Shown: positions 45,164 through 55,210 of the stretch, piece by piece
Numbering within the stretch: position 1 is the first letter of the stretch
How the letters are laid out: every line of letters begins with the position of its first letter
Assembly: GCA_047921155.1 (NCBI GenBank)
Contig: JBLRWU010000001.1
Coordinates: 5,362 to 69,361 of the forward strand
Reading direction: 5' to 3'
Origin: Desulfurivibrio sp.
Lineage (GTDB): Bacteria; Desulfobacterota; Desulfobulbia; Desulfobulbales; Desulfurivibrionaceae
DNA: 64,000 nucleotides
Made by a program: the position numbers and the translations under genes
Notes under the pieces: model-generated
Told to the model about the DNA's origin: nothing
Databases searched by the model: none
The model's input: the letters and a program-made list of their open reading frames with translations, nothing else

Positions 45164-47707
45164 ATGGTGGTTCGGCTGCCGGAGCAGAGGGTCTTCCACG
45201 GCCTCTTTATCCCGGTAACCCTGGCCCTGATGACGGGTGGCGCTGCGGCCCGTTACCTCTCCGTCCCCCCGCTGCTTAGCGGATTACTGGTCGTACTGGC
45301 GGCTGCGGGCGTTCTCTTTCTCCTCCGCCCGCGCCGGGATGTGTACCTCGGCACCCCGGCGCTCCTGCTGTTGCTGGCCATTTTTATGGCTGCCGGCTAC
45401 AGCCTGACCCGGCCGCACTTATCTCCACCCACCGCCCCCGACCATCTCTACAACCTGCTGCTGCCCACCCCGCTTGAAACTATCTCCGAGCCAAGTCATG
45501 ACGTGGTCCTGGTGGGGGTTTTGCGCCAGCTTCCCCGCAGCGGCAACGGGCGAACCCGGCTGGTGCTGGCGGTGGAGGAGCTGCGCACCCCCGAGGGCAA
45601 ACAACCGGCCCGCGGTCTGGTCCAGATCACCGTCAACGGCAACCTGCCCGCGGAGGTCCGGCCGGGGGACCTGCTGCTGGTCCGGGCCCGGGTGGGTCCG
45701 GTACGCTCCTTCAGGGTACCGGGAGGTTTTGATTACCAGCAGTTCCTTGCCCGCCAAGGGATCCGGCTCAGCGGCTGGGTGGCCAATCCGATCCAGGTGG
45801 CCAGGATCGAGCCGACCCTGCCGCCATCCCTCGCCTTCCGCCTCCGCCATTTTCCCGAACGGCTGCGCTTTGCCGCCGATCGCCACCTGGAGCAACATCT
45901 GGGCGGCCACCATGCCCTGCCGCTGCTCAAGGCGCTGCTGATCGGCGATCGCAGCGGCATCCCTGCGGCCACCCTGGAAACCTTCAAGGCCGGTGGGGCC
46001 ATGCACCTGCTGGCCATCTCCGGCATGCACCTGGGGTTGATCGCCCTGATGAGCATGGCCGTTGCTGAATGGCTGCTCAAGCGCTCCTCCCGGCTGCTGC
46101 TGGCCCTGCATGTGCGCAAGGCGGCCCTGCTGCTGGCCCTGCTGCCGATCATCGCCTACGCCCTGATCACCGGCCTGCAGCCCCCGGCCCAGCGAGCCCT
46201 GCTGATGACCCTGGTCTTCATGGGGGCGATTCTGCTCAATCGGCAATGGTGCAGCCTCAATAACCTGGCGGTGGCCGCCCTGCTGATCCTGGTTCTGGAT
46301 CCGCCGGCCCTGTTCGGGGCCTCCTTCCAGCTCTCCTTTGCCGCCACCGCCGGGATCATTATGCTGATGCCGGCCCTGCAAGGCCGTTACCAGGCGGCAC
46401 AAGCCCAGGGCAGTGGCTGCCGGGCCGGGATAGTCGGCCGAAATATCGTTTTCTGGATCAGCGCCGGGCTGCTGGTCTCGACGGTGGCCACCCTGGTAAC
46501 CGCCCCCTTCTCCCTGCACCATTTCCACCGAGTTTCCCTGCTCAGTCCACTGACCACCCTGCTGGCCACCCCGCCCCTCTTTTTCTGGACCCTGCCCCTG
46601 GCCCTGACCGGCCTGGGACTGGCGACGCTCGGCCTGCCCGGGGGCGGCTTGCTGCTGGCGCTTTCCACCGCGGGAATTGAAATCACCACCGCCATCACCG
46701 CCCGGCTGGCCGCCCTGCCCTTCAGTTTTTACTATCTCTCGCCGCCCAGTCCGGGGGAGTGGTGTGCCTGGCTCGGGCTGTTCAGTGCCCTGCTGTTCTG
46801 GCGTCGTCATCGGATTTTCGCCGCCGGAGCCGGGGCTATAATGGTGCTGCTGCTCTTCCTGCTGCCGGTGCAGGAGCAATGGCGCCGCCAGCAGGAGGGC
46901 CACAGCCGGGTTACCTTTATCGAGGTCGGCCACGGCAACGCCACCGTGGTGGAGCTGCCCGGCAACCGCACCATCCTGGTGGACGGCGGCGGCCCCTCCA
47001 CCTTGAGCGCCGATATCGGTGAACAACTGATCGCCCCCTTTCTCCGCCACCGGCGGATAAGGCGCCTGGATGCGGTAGTGATCAGCCACCCCCACGCCGA
47101 TCATTACAACGGGATCCCCTTCCTGTTGCGGAATTTTCGCCCCGGAACCCTGTGGGTCAGCGGCCACGGCACAGAGGTCGCCGACTATCCGGCCCTGCTG
47201 GAGTTGGCGGAAAGCTTGGGGATTGAGATCAGGATACCGGTAGCCGGCGAGGAGTTGGCGGCGGGAGCGGATCTGGTCGGGTTGCAAAATCTGGCCGATT
47301 TTCATAGCCACGAGGCGAGCAATCTCAAGCCGCCCCTGGATGATCCGGTCAACGACCAGGGCTTGGTAATCAGCTACCGACACGGGGATTTCTCGTTTCT
47401 CTTGCCGGGGGATATCAGCATGGGCCAGGAGCGACGACTGTTGGCCCAATTGGAGGAGGAGGCGAGCCACACGGTCCTGGCCGCCTCCCACCACGGCCGC
47501 CGGACATCAATGGCCCCGGATTTTGTATCGGGGGTGGCCCCGCGCTATATCGTGGTTTCGGACGATGACCGCCGCACCGACTACCGGCGGGTCGCGGAAT
47601 GGGAGGCCATGGGCGCCCGGGTGTTCACCACCGGCCGCGACGGCTCCATCACCTGCACCGTCACCGACCGGGAACTGACCTGCCAACCGGCGATCAGGCG
47701 TCGGTAA
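45164..47707 (+). CDS. comEC: DNA-uptake channel ComEC/Rec2
   Basis: OB-fold region with PGGFDY, HLLAISGMH, SFQLSF, metallo-beta-lactamase SHPHADH. Confidence 0.93.
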   Translation: MVVRLPEQRVFHGLFIPVTLALMTGGAAARYLSVPPLLSGLLVVLAAAGVLFLLRPRRDVYLGTPALLLLLAIFMAAGYSLTRPHLSPPTAPDHLYNLLLPTPLETISEPSHDVVLVGVLRQLPRSGNGRTRLVLAVEELRTPEGKQPARGLVQITVNGNLPAEVRPGDLLLVRARVGPVRSFRVPGGFDYQQFLARQGIRLSGWVANPIQVARIEPTLPPSLAFRLRHFPERLRFAADRHLEQHLGGHHALPLLKALLIGDRSGIPAATLETFKAGGAMHLLAISGMHLGLIALMSMAVAEWLLKRSSRLLLALHVRKAALLLALLPIIAYALITGLQPPAQRALLMTLVFMGAILLNRQWCSLNNLAVAALLILVLDPPALFGASFQLSFAATAGIIMLMPALQGRYQAAQAQGSGCRAGIVGRNIVFWISAGLLVSTVATLVTAPFSLHHFHRVSLLSPLTTLLATPPLFFWTLPLALTGLGLATLGLPGGGLLLALSTAGIEITTAITARLAALPFSFYYLSPPSPGEWCAWLGLFSALLFWRRHRIFAAGAGAIMVLLLFLLPVQEQWRRQQEGHSRVTFIEVGHGNATVVELPGNRTILVDGGGPSTLSADIGEQLIAPFLRHRRIRRLDAVVISHPHADHYNGIPFLLRNFRPGTLWVSGHGTEVADYPALLELAESLGIEIRIPVAGEELAAGADLVGLQNLADFHSHEASNLKPPLDDPVNDQGLVISYRHGDFSFLLPGDISMGQERRLLAQLEEEASHTVLAASHHGRRTSMAPDFVSGVAPRYIVVSDDDRRTDYRRVAEWEAMGARVFTTGRDGSITCTVTDRELTCQPAIRRR

Positions 47708-48776
47708 AATCGGCGGGGGGCTTCTTGAGGAACTGAACGAATTTACTCTTGTCGATGGCGTTGATGTAGGCGTCTTCACCGGAGATCCACCCCTTGTTGA
47801 CCAGCTCCAGGATGGCGTCGTCCAGGGTCTGCATCCCGAATTTCTTGCCGGTCTGCATGGCCGAGGGGATCTGGTAGGTCTTTCCCTCCCGGATCAGATT
47901 GCGCACCGCCGGGGTACAGATCAGAATCTCCAGGGCGGCGCAACGCCCCTTCTTGTCGATCCGCTTGAACAGGGTCTGGGAAACCACCGCCTTCAAGGCA
48001 TCGGCCAGGGTGGAGCGAACCTGAGCCTGCTGGCTGGCGGGGAAAATTTCGATGATCCGATCCACCGTCTTGTTGGCATTAAGGGTGTGCAGGGTGCCAA
48101 AGACCAGATGCCCGGTCATGGCCGCCTCCATGGCCAGGGCGATGGTTTCGAGATCGCGCATTTCACCCACCATGATGATATCGGGGTCTTCACGCAGAGC
48201 TCCACGCAGGGCGGCGGAAAAACTCTTGGTATGCAGCCCGACCTCACGATGGTTGACGATACAGCTGCCGCTCTTGTGGACAAACTCGATGGGGTCTTCG
48301 ATGGTCAGAATGTGATCCTTGCGAGTCTTGTTAGCCTGATCAACAATCGCCGCCAGGGTGGTCGACTTACCACTGCCGGTGGGGCCGGTCACCAGCACCA
48401 TCCCCTTGGGCAACGAGGCAAGACGGGAAACCACCGCCGGCAACCCCAACTGCTCACAGGAGAGAATGTCGCTGGGAATTTCGCGAAATACGGCGCCTAT
48501 CCCATACTTCTGCATAAAGAGGTTGCCGCGGTAACGGGCCAGGCCGGGAATCTCATAGCCGAAATCGACATCCCCGGTCTCCTCGAAAATTTTAATCTTT
48601 TCCTCGGAAACAATTTCGTAAAGCATCCCCTTCAGGGTGTCGTTTTCCAGAACGTTGTATTTGACCCTCTCCATCTCGCCACGAATCCGCAAAATCGGCT
48701 GCTGACCGGAAACCATATGGAGGTCGGAAGCTCCCTGTTCATTCATCAACTTGAAAAACGCGTCGATCTGAGCCAT
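47694..48776 (-). CDS. pilT: Type IV pilus retraction ATPase
   Basis: ASDLH, GPTGSGKSTT, TIEDPIE, ALREDPD, GEMRD, TGHLVFGTLH, AVRNLIRE. Confidence 0.94.
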   Translation of the reverse strand: MAQIDAFFKLMNEQGASDLHMVSGQQPILRIRGEMERVKYNVLENDTLKGMLYEIVSEEKIKIFEETGDVDFGYEIPGLARYRGNLFMQKYGIGAVFREIPSDILSCEQLGLPAVVSRLASLPKGMVLVTGPTGSGKSTTLAAIVDQANKTRKDHILTIEDPIEFVHKSGSCIVNHREVGLHTKSFSAALRGALREDPDIIMVGEMRDLETIALAMEAAMTGHLVFGTLHTLNANKTVDRIIEIFPASQQAQVRSTLADALKAVVSQTLFKRIDKKGRCAALEILICTPAVRNLIREGKTYQIPSAMQTGKKFGMQTLDDAILELVNKGWISGEDAYINAIDKSKFVQFLKKPPADFTDA

Positions 48777-48885
48777 GAGGGTTGTACTCCTTTAGGGTTA
48801 ATTTTGCCGATCGATATGGTACACTCCGGCCCAATATCACAAAATATAGCTGCACCGGCAAGATAAAAAACAACTTGAACCCACC

Positions 48886-49764
48886 ATGAAATGGATCGAC
48901 CTCCATACCCACTCCACTTTCTCCGACGGTACCTGCAGCCCGGCCATGCTTATCGACCTGGCGGTAAAGCACGGGTTGGGCGCCCTGGCTCTGACCGACC
49001 ACGACACGGTGGCCGGCATCCCGGATTTTTTAAGCTACGCCCAAGCACGGGATATCTGCGTACTTGCCGGGATCGAGATCAGCGCCTGGTTCGGCCAGGA
49101 ATCGCTGCACATCCTGGGCTACGGCATTGATCATAGAGATGACAACCTGCTTAAAGCCCTGGGCGAGATTCAGCAGGCCCGCCACCAGCGCAACCTGAGG
49201 ATCCTGGCCAAACTTGCCGACATGGGGATCGGGATACGCTATGCCAATATCGAAAACCAGGAAAACGGGCAGGTGGGTAGACCCCATATCGCCAGGGAGC
49301 TGATCCGGCTCGGGGTGGTCCACGATATGCACACGGCTTTTGTTCGTTACCTGCGGCGCGGCGCCGCTGCCCATGTGGAAAGTCTCCGCATTCACGCCCT
49401 TGATGCCATCCGCCTGATTGCCGCTGCCGGCGGTGCCCCGGTCCTGGCCCACCCGGCGGTAATGGGCAGTACCTTGCAGGGGCTGCCCGACCTGCTGCCG
49501 GAGCTGCGCCGGGCCGGGCTGGTGGGACTGGAGGTTTTTTATCCGGCCCACACCCGCAAGCAGCACCAGCAGCTACTGCAACTGGCCGATGAGCATAAGT
49601 TGATTGCCACCGGCGGCACCGATTTCCACAGCGACTCGGCCGGCGGATTTCCCCTGGGGGGCAGTCGCCACAGTGTCCGGGTACCCTTCACCTGCTTTAC
49701 CGAGCTGGCCGAATTTCTCACCAGCCCGCCAACCTCCACCCCATCCGGCAGGGAGCAGCAATGA
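48886..49764 (+). CDS. PHP domain protein (YciV/TrpH-like)
   Basis: DLHTHSTFSDG, LTDHDT, GRPHIA, AHP, GGTDFH. Confidence 0.9.
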   Translation: MKWIDLHTHSTFSDGTCSPAMLIDLAVKHGLGALALTDHDTVAGIPDFLSYAQARDICVLAGIEISAWFGQESLHILGYGIDHRDDNLLKALGEIQQARHQRNLRILAKLADMGIGIRYANIENQENGQVGRPHIARELIRLGVVHDMHTAFVRYLRRGAAAHVESLRIHALDAIRLIAAAGGAPVLAHPAVMGSTLQGLPDLLPELRRAGLVGLEVFYPAHTRKQHQQLLQLADEHKLIATGGTDFHSDSAGGFPLGGSRHSVRVPFTCFTELAEFLTSPPTSTPSGREQQ

Positions 49765-51146
49765 AAACCGTCCTGGTCATCGATGACGAACCCAACTACC
49801 TGATCATCCTCGGTGAACTGTTGCGCGACGAGGAGTACGAGGTTTTCACCGCGGCCAGCGGCGAGGAGGCCCTGAATATTATCAAGCAGACCGACCTCGA
49901 CCTGATTATCACCGACATGCGCATGCCCGGGATGGATGGGCTGGCGCTGCTCAAAACCGTCAAGGCCCAACATCCCGATCTGCCGGTGATCATGATCACC
50001 GCCTTCGGCGAGGTGGACAAAGCGGTGGAGGCGATGCGCAACGGCGCCTTCAACTACCTGGCCAAGCCCTTCAACAACGATGAGCTGCTGGTCAGTGTCC
50101 GCAAAGCCATCGAACATTACGAGGTCATCCGGGAAAACACCCGGCTGCGGGCCGAGATCAGCCAGCAAACCTCCTATGCCAGCATGGTGGGTAAAAGTCG
50201 GCGAATGCGGGAGATCTACAGCCTGATCGAAAAGGTGGCCCCCGCTCCGACCTCGGTGCTGATCACCGGGGAGTCCGGCACCGGCAAAGAGCTGGTCGCC
50301 CGGGCGATCCACAGCCGCAGCCCCCGGGAGAAAGAGCCGTTTATCTCCCTCAATTGCGCCGGGCTGCCGGAAACCCTGCTGGAGTCCGAGCTGTTCGGCC
50401 ATGAAAGAGGGGCCTTTACCGGCGCGGTGGCTCTGCGCAAGGGCCGCTTTGAGCTGGCCGACCACGGCACCCTGCTGCTCGATGAGGTGGGCGAAATGCC
50501 CCTGACCCTTCAAGTCAAGCTGCTGCGGGTGATCCAGGAGCGGGCCTTCGAGCGGGTGGGGGGCAGCAAGACCCTGAAGGTGGATGTGCGGATTATCGCC
50601 GCCACCAACAAGGATCTCAAGGAGGAGGTGGAACGGGGCAACTTCCGGGAGGACCTCTACTACCGGCTCAACGTCGTCCATATCCACCTGCCGCCCCTGC
50701 GGGAGCGCCAGGATGATATTCAGATGCTGGTTTCCCATTTTGTCGGCAAGTTCGCCACGGGCCTGCAACGGCCAAACCTGCGGATTCTGCCGGAGACGGT
50801 CCGTTTCTTGAGTACCCTGCCCTGGGAAGGCAACGTTCGTGAACTGGAGAACACCATCGAACGAGCCGCCATCCTCTGCACAGACGACCTCATCACCCCG
50901 GAGGATGTCCAGCCCGACACCATGAGCGGCCAGGAAGCCGCCGGCTGGGGCGAAGAGCTGGAGATCGAACAGCTGATCCCCCCCAACACTCCACTGCCGG
51001 AGGTACTTAACGCCATAGAAAAAAAACTGGTGACAAACGCCCTGGAAAAATCTGATAATGTTCAAACCAGGGCGGCGGAGAGCTTGGGAATTACCAAAAG
51101 TCTGCTCCAGTACAAGATGAAGAAATTCGGCCTGCACCGGAAATAA
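49761..51146 (+). CDS. Sigma-54-dependent response regulator (NtrC family)
   Basis: Intact receiver (DD, TDMRMP, KP), GESGTGKE, GAFTGA, REDLYYRL, WEGNVREL, C-terminal HTH. Confidence 0.95.
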   Translation: MKTVLVIDDEPNYLIILGELLRDEEYEVFTAASGEEALNIIKQTDLDLIITDMRMPGMDGLALLKTVKAQHPDLPVIMITAFGEVDKAVEAMRNGAFNYLAKPFNNDELLVSVRKAIEHYEVIRENTRLRAEISQQTSYASMVGKSRRMREIYSLIEKVAPAPTSVLITGESGTGKELVARAIHSRSPREKEPFISLNCAGLPETLLESELFGHERGAFTGAVALRKGRFELADHGTLLLDEVGEMPLTLQVKLLRVIQERAFERVGGSKTLKVDVRIIAATNKDLKEEVERGNFREDLYYRLNVVHIHLPPLRERQDDIQMLVSHFVGKFATGLQRPNLRILPETVRFLSTLPWEGNVRELENTIERAAILCTDDLITPEDVQPDTMSGQEAAGWGEELEIEQLIPPNTPLPEVLNAIEKKLVTNALEKSDNVQTRAAESLGITKSLLQYKMKKFGLHRK

Positions 51147-51249
51147 CGGCGACAGGATCCCTTTCTCCGCTTCTGTCCATGATGGTTCCATGTTACAATG
51201 AAAGCGCAGACCCGATTATCGGGTACCCTGTCAAACCTGGAGGAAAAAC

Positions 51250-51636
51250 GTGACCCCGCTGGATATCTTTCTAATTTTTACCGCCTGCGGCGTGGTAATC
51301 CTGACCGCCGTCCTGGTCCCCACTCTGCTCCAGATCAAGCGGACCTACCGCCGCGCTGGGGACACCCTGGAAGTGTTAGAAAAAGAACTGCCCCCCATGA
51401 GCCGCAAGATTACAGCCGCGGCCACCGAACTGGAACTGCTGGCCGCCACCTGCAACGCCAAGGTGGAGGAAACAGAAGTGGTGCTGCGCACCGCCCGCCA
51501 GGCCAGCGAAACCCTGCTTCTGACCTCGCAGGCCCTGAAGGATTCGGTTCGGCCTATCATCAGCGGTATCGGCGGCCTGAGCGCCGGGGTGCAAATGTTT
51601 GGCCGGGTGCTGCTCGGCGGCCGGGGTAAAAAATGA
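51250..51636 (+). CDS. DUF948 / YtxG-like protein
   Basis: N-terminal TM followed by a coiled coil; upstream of a YtxH-like gene. Confidence 0.7.
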   Translation: MTPLDIFLIFTACGVVILTAVLVPTLLQIKRTYRRAGDTLEVLEKELPPMSRKITAAATELELLAATCNAKVEETEVVLRTARQASETLLLTSQALKDSVRPIISGIGGLSAGVQMFGRVLLGGRGKK

Positions 51637-51676
51637 TTCCTACCCCCATCAAGGAACAAACTAAGGAGGTTCAACA

Positions 51677-52069
51677 ATGACTCACCATCACGAGAATTGC
51701 AACGCGGGACTGACCGTATTATCCTTCCTGGCCGGTGCCTTAACCGGCGCAGCCGTGGCCCTGCTGGTCGCCCCGAAATCGGGACGGGAAACCCGGGAGC
51801 TGCTGAGCAGTTACGGCGACGAGTTGCGGGAAAGGTGCCGTAACCTGCCCGAAGACGCAAAGGAACACGCCGGTGGGGCGGTAGATCGCGGCAAAGCGAT
51901 GATTGAACAGGGAAAGGAACTGATCAACAAGGGCAGCAAACTGGCCGCCCAGGGTAAGGACTATCTCGACGACAAGAAAAGAGCCCTGAGCGCCGCCATC
52001 GAGGCCGGCAAAAAGGCGATGGCAGAGGAGAAGGAATCCCTCGATCAGGCTCTGGACAAAGACAAATAG
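51677..52069 (+). CDS. YtxH domain protein
   Basis: FLAGALTGAAVALLVAPKSGRETRE. Confidence 0.9.
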   Translation: MTHHHENCNAGLTVLSFLAGALTGAAVALLVAPKSGRETRELLSSYGDELRERCRNLPEDAKEHAGGAVDRGKAMIEQGKELINKGSKLAAQGKDYLDDKKRALSAAIEAGKKAMAEEKESLDQALDKDK

Positions 52070-52122
52070 AGAAAAGTAAAACCACCCATCTCTCCACGCT
52101 CCGGAGATGCCGTAGCCGTCGA

Positions 52123-52980
52123 TTATCCGGTTACGGCATGTCCGGCGGCCCAGTTCAGCTTACCTCGCAGGATCTCGAAATACCCTTTCCAGGGCGAGCA
52201 GATCAGGCGGAGGCTCTTCTCAGCCGCCGTCACCTCCAGGGTGTCGCCGGCCTGCAGTTCGGTGTAGAGCCGGCCATCAACAATAACCTGCAACTTTTCA
52301 GCGATCCGCTCCCCCACTCGGCCGGTGGCCAGACGAGCACGGACCCGGCTGGTAGCATCCAGTAAAACTGGCCGGCTTTCCAGCATAAAAGGGCAGATCG
52401 GGGTGACCAGGATGGCGGCCAGGCGGGGATGGACAACCGGACCGCCGGCGGAAAGGTTGTAGGCGGTGGAGCCGGTGGAGGTGGAGATGATCAGGCCGTC
52501 GGCCCGGTAAGTCGCCAGATATTCATCATCGACCCAGGCCCCAAGTTCGGCCATCCGATCCACCGCCCCTTTACTGATCACCACATCGTTGAGGGCGTAG
52601 AGCCAGGGCCGGACTACGCCAGCCTCTCCGCTGTCGCGATGCAGGTTGATCTTCAGCATCATCCGGTCTTCAATGATCGGTTCCCCGGCCAAAATCTCCG
52701 CCAGGGCGCGATAACGATCCTCCACCGCCACCTCGGTGAGAAAACCCAGGCCGCCGAGATTGATCCCAAGCACCGGAATCCCGTGATCGCAGGCCTCCGC
52801 CGCCACGTGCAACAGGGTGCCATCACCGCCGAGTACAATCAGCAAATCCTGATCCGCCTCGATTCGATCCAATTGCCCGTCGATCCCGCGGGCGGCAAAC
52901 CAATCCACCATCTCCCGACCAATGCGTCGCGGCTCGTCCGAGTCACGCTTTAAAATGATCCCTACCTTGCTGACCTTCAT
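52123..52980 (-). CDS. nadK: NAD kinase
   Basis: GGDGTLL, LGFL, NDVV, ADGLIISTSTGSTAYNLSAGGP. Confidence 0.95.
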   Translation of the reverse strand: MKVSKVGIILKRDSDEPRRIGREMVDWFAARGIDGQLDRIEADQDLLIVLGGDGTLLHVAAEACDHGIPVLGINLGGLGFLTEVAVEDRYRALAEILAGEPIIEDRMMLKINLHRDSGEAGVVRPWLYALNDVVISKGAVDRMAELGAWVDDEYLATYRADGLIISTSTGSTAYNLSAGGPVVHPRLAAILVTPICPFMLESRPVLLDATSRVRARLATGRVGERIAEKLQVIVDGRLYTELQAGDTLEVTAAEKSLRLICSPWKGYFEILRGKLNWAAGHAVTG

Positions 52981-52981
52981 T

Positions 52982-53806
52982 TCACCCCCGGCCCAGCTCA
53001 ACGGAACGTGCGGTGGCCGCTTCCACTGCGTCCATTACCAGGCCGCGGAATCCGCCCCGCTCCAGCAGATGCAGCCCGGCGATGGTGGTACCGCCGGGAG
53101 AGGTCACCATCGCCCGCAGGGCAGCGGGGTTTTTCTCCGGAGTCGCCAGGGCCAGTTTAACCGAACCGAGGATGGTCTGGCGGGCCAGCTGCTCAGCCAC
53201 CTCCCGGCTCAATCCAACCTTGACCCCGGCATCGACCAGAGCTTCGAGAAAGGTGAAAACATAGGCCGGGCCGCTGCCGCTTAAGCCGGTGACCGCATCC
53301 AGATGTTTCTCCTCCAGCACCACCGCCTCCCCAACCGCCGCGAAGATTTGCCGGGCCAGTTCCAGGTCGTCGGTTCCGGCGTGACAACCGGGGCTCAAAG
53401 CCGAAGCCGCCGCCAGTACCAGGGCGGGGGTGTTGGGCATCACCCGGATAACCCGTACCGCCACCGGCGCCAGCCGCTCCTCCATATAGGCCAGGGAGAT
53501 TCCGGCGGCAATCGAGATCAACAGGTGATCTTTCCCGATCTGCCCTCGATACTGCTCCAGAACCGCCCCTACCACCTGGGGCTTGACCGCCAGCACCAAC
53601 ACCGGACAGGCCCCAAACAACGGACCGGCCTCGGCGTGAACCGTCACCCCGTACTGTTCGTGCAACAGTTCCCGGCGGGGCCCGTGGGGCTCGGCCACCA
53701 GGATCTGTTCGGGCCGGTAAAGATCTGCCGCCAGCACCCCTTTGATCAGGGCTTCGGCCATCTGCCCGCCCCCGATAAATCCAAGATTTTTCATATCACT
53801 CACCAT
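52982..53806 (-). CDS. proC: Pyrroline-5-carboxylate reductase
   Basis: GGGQMA, AVKPQ, RVMPNTP, SGSGPAY, VTSPGGTT. Confidence 0.96.
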   Translation of the reverse strand: MVSDMKNLGFIGGGQMAEALIKGVLAADLYRPEQILVAEPHGPRRELLHEQYGVTVHAEAGPLFGACPVLVLAVKPQVVGAVLEQYRGQIGKDHLLISIAAGISLAYMEERLAPVAVRVIRVMPNTPALVLAAASALSPGCHAGTDDLELARQIFAAVGEAVVLEEKHLDAVTGLSGSGPAYVFTFLEALVDAGVKVGLSREVAEQLARQTILGSVKLALATPEKNPAALRAMVTSPGGTTIAGLHLLERGGFRGLVMDAVEAATARSVELGRG

Positions 53807-53921
53807 AGCTCGCCTCCAGCGTCTTAACTTCGATTTGTGAGCCAGAATAGCCGATCCGGCCTGCCAGGTCCAGAGCTATGAAAACAGCGGCAATCGTCGC
53901 AAGCAGTGGCCGGCGGCCTAC

Positions 53922-53956
53922 AAAAAAAACCCGTCGGGGAAAAATCCCGGCGGGTT
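53922..53956 (-). terminator. Intrinsic terminator after lpxC
   Basis: AACCCGCCGGG...CCCGACGGGTTTTTTTT on the minus strand. Confidence 0.8.
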
Positions 53957-53990
53957 AATGATGGGGCACTGTTGGGCGATGAGATCTTGC

Positions 53991-54971
53991 TTAGCTGTAA
54001 ACACCCGCCAAGGCCAGTGACGGCGGCGAAAGGTAGGGCAGGAGGCTATCGCCGACCGCTTTGGTGGTCATGGCCAATTGGCGCAGCACCTGGCTCTCTC
54101 CCTCGGTTTCGTAGGCCACGATATCCCACGATTCCGGGTGGGCGGCCACGGCCTGCATCAGGCCCAAGTGTTGCCCGTGCCCCGATTTTTCCGCCACCAC
54201 TCGTCCCAGCAGCGGAAATCCCAGCAGGGCCAGGTCGCCGATCAGATCCAACGCCTTGTGGCGAACAAACTCATCGGCGTAACGGAGACCGTCACTGTTG
54301 ATCACCCCGCTCTCGTCCATTACCACCGCGTTATCGAGGGAGCCACCCAGAGCCAAACCATTACGGCGCAGCGCCTCCACCTCATGGAGGAACCCGAAGG
54401 TCCGGGCGGAGGCGACCTCTTCCGCGAAACGCCGCGGAGTCAAATCGACATCAAACTGCTGGCTGCCGATCCGGGCATGGGGGAAATCGATCCGGCAACT
54501 TACCCGAAAACCGTTGTAGGGTTCGATACGCACCGAGCGTCCCTGACCATCGCTGAACCGCACCACCTCGTTGAACTTAAGCATCCAGCGACAGGCCCGC
54601 TGCCGGCAACGGCCAACCCTGCGCAGCAGGTGGACAAAGGGGGCGGCGCTGCCGTCCATGATCGGAATTTCAGGCCCGTCCACCGCAACCACCGCATTGT
54701 CGATCCCCAGGCCCGACAAGGCGGCCAGCAGGTGTTCGGTGGTGGAGATGGAGGCATCAAGATCGGTGCTGACGGTGGTGGCCAAACGGGTATCCACCAC
54801 CCGGTCCATAAAGGCCGGAGTGGGCTCAAGTTGCCCCAAATCGGAGCGAACGAAGCGCAACCCGCTGTTGATCTCACCGGGGTAGATCACCAGGCTGACC
54901 GGCTTACCGGTGTGCAAACCGATACCGGCAACGCTGACGCTTTTTTTCAGGGTGTGCTGAAATGAATCCAT
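53991..54971 (-). CDS. lpxC: UDP-3-O-acyl-GlcNAc deacetylase
   Basis: QHTL, GIGLHTG, TEHLLAAL, EIPIMDGSA, ARTFGF, HKALDLIGD, GH. Start at ATG 54971. Confidence 0.96.
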   Translation of the reverse strand: MDSFQHTLKKSVSVAGIGLHTGKPVSLVIYPGEINSGLRFVRSDLGQLEPTPAFMDRVVDTRLATTVSTDLDASISTTEHLLAALSGLGIDNAVVAVDGPEIPIMDGSAAPFVHLLRRVGRCRQRACRWMLKFNEVVRFSDGQGRSVRIEPYNGFRVSCRIDFPHARIGSQQFDVDLTPRRFAEEVASARTFGFLHEVEALRRNGLALGGSLDNAVVMDESGVINSDGLRYADEFVRHKALDLIGDLALLGFPLLGRVVAEKSGHGQHLGLMQAVAAHPESWDIVAYETEGESQVLRQLAMTTKAVGDSLLPYLSPPSLALAGVYS

Positions 54972-55064
54972 GATCCCAATCCTTGTATGAAAACCGCCTG
55001 GCGGCCGATTATTCTTCGTTTTGAGGCAACCGTAACGGAAGCCATTCCCAATCACCATTGATAT

Positions 55065-55081
55065 ATGCAATTTAGGGGCCG
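55065..55081 (-). promoter_or_regulatory. Putative sigma-54 (-24/-12) promoter of lpxC
   Basis: CGGCCCCTAAATTGCAT has GG-N10-GC spacing with TTGCA at -12. Confidence 0.6.
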
Positions 55082-55210
55082 CGACGGCGAAAAAAGTTAC
55101 AGTATCGTCAATAATCGCCTGCAATCAGCAAGAAAAAACAAGATGATCCGGCCCGGATTTTGCGCCACCCCAACCCCTTCTTGTGGCAAAAACAACACAG
55201 TTTACGACTA

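Noticed and set aside
45419-47494. Long antisense or alternate-frame ORFs (e.g. 691 aa here; also 49539-51191, 4690-6120, 42300-43709, 13347-14576)
   Set aside because: They are shadows of well-supported genes in high-GC DNA and contain no recognisable motifs.
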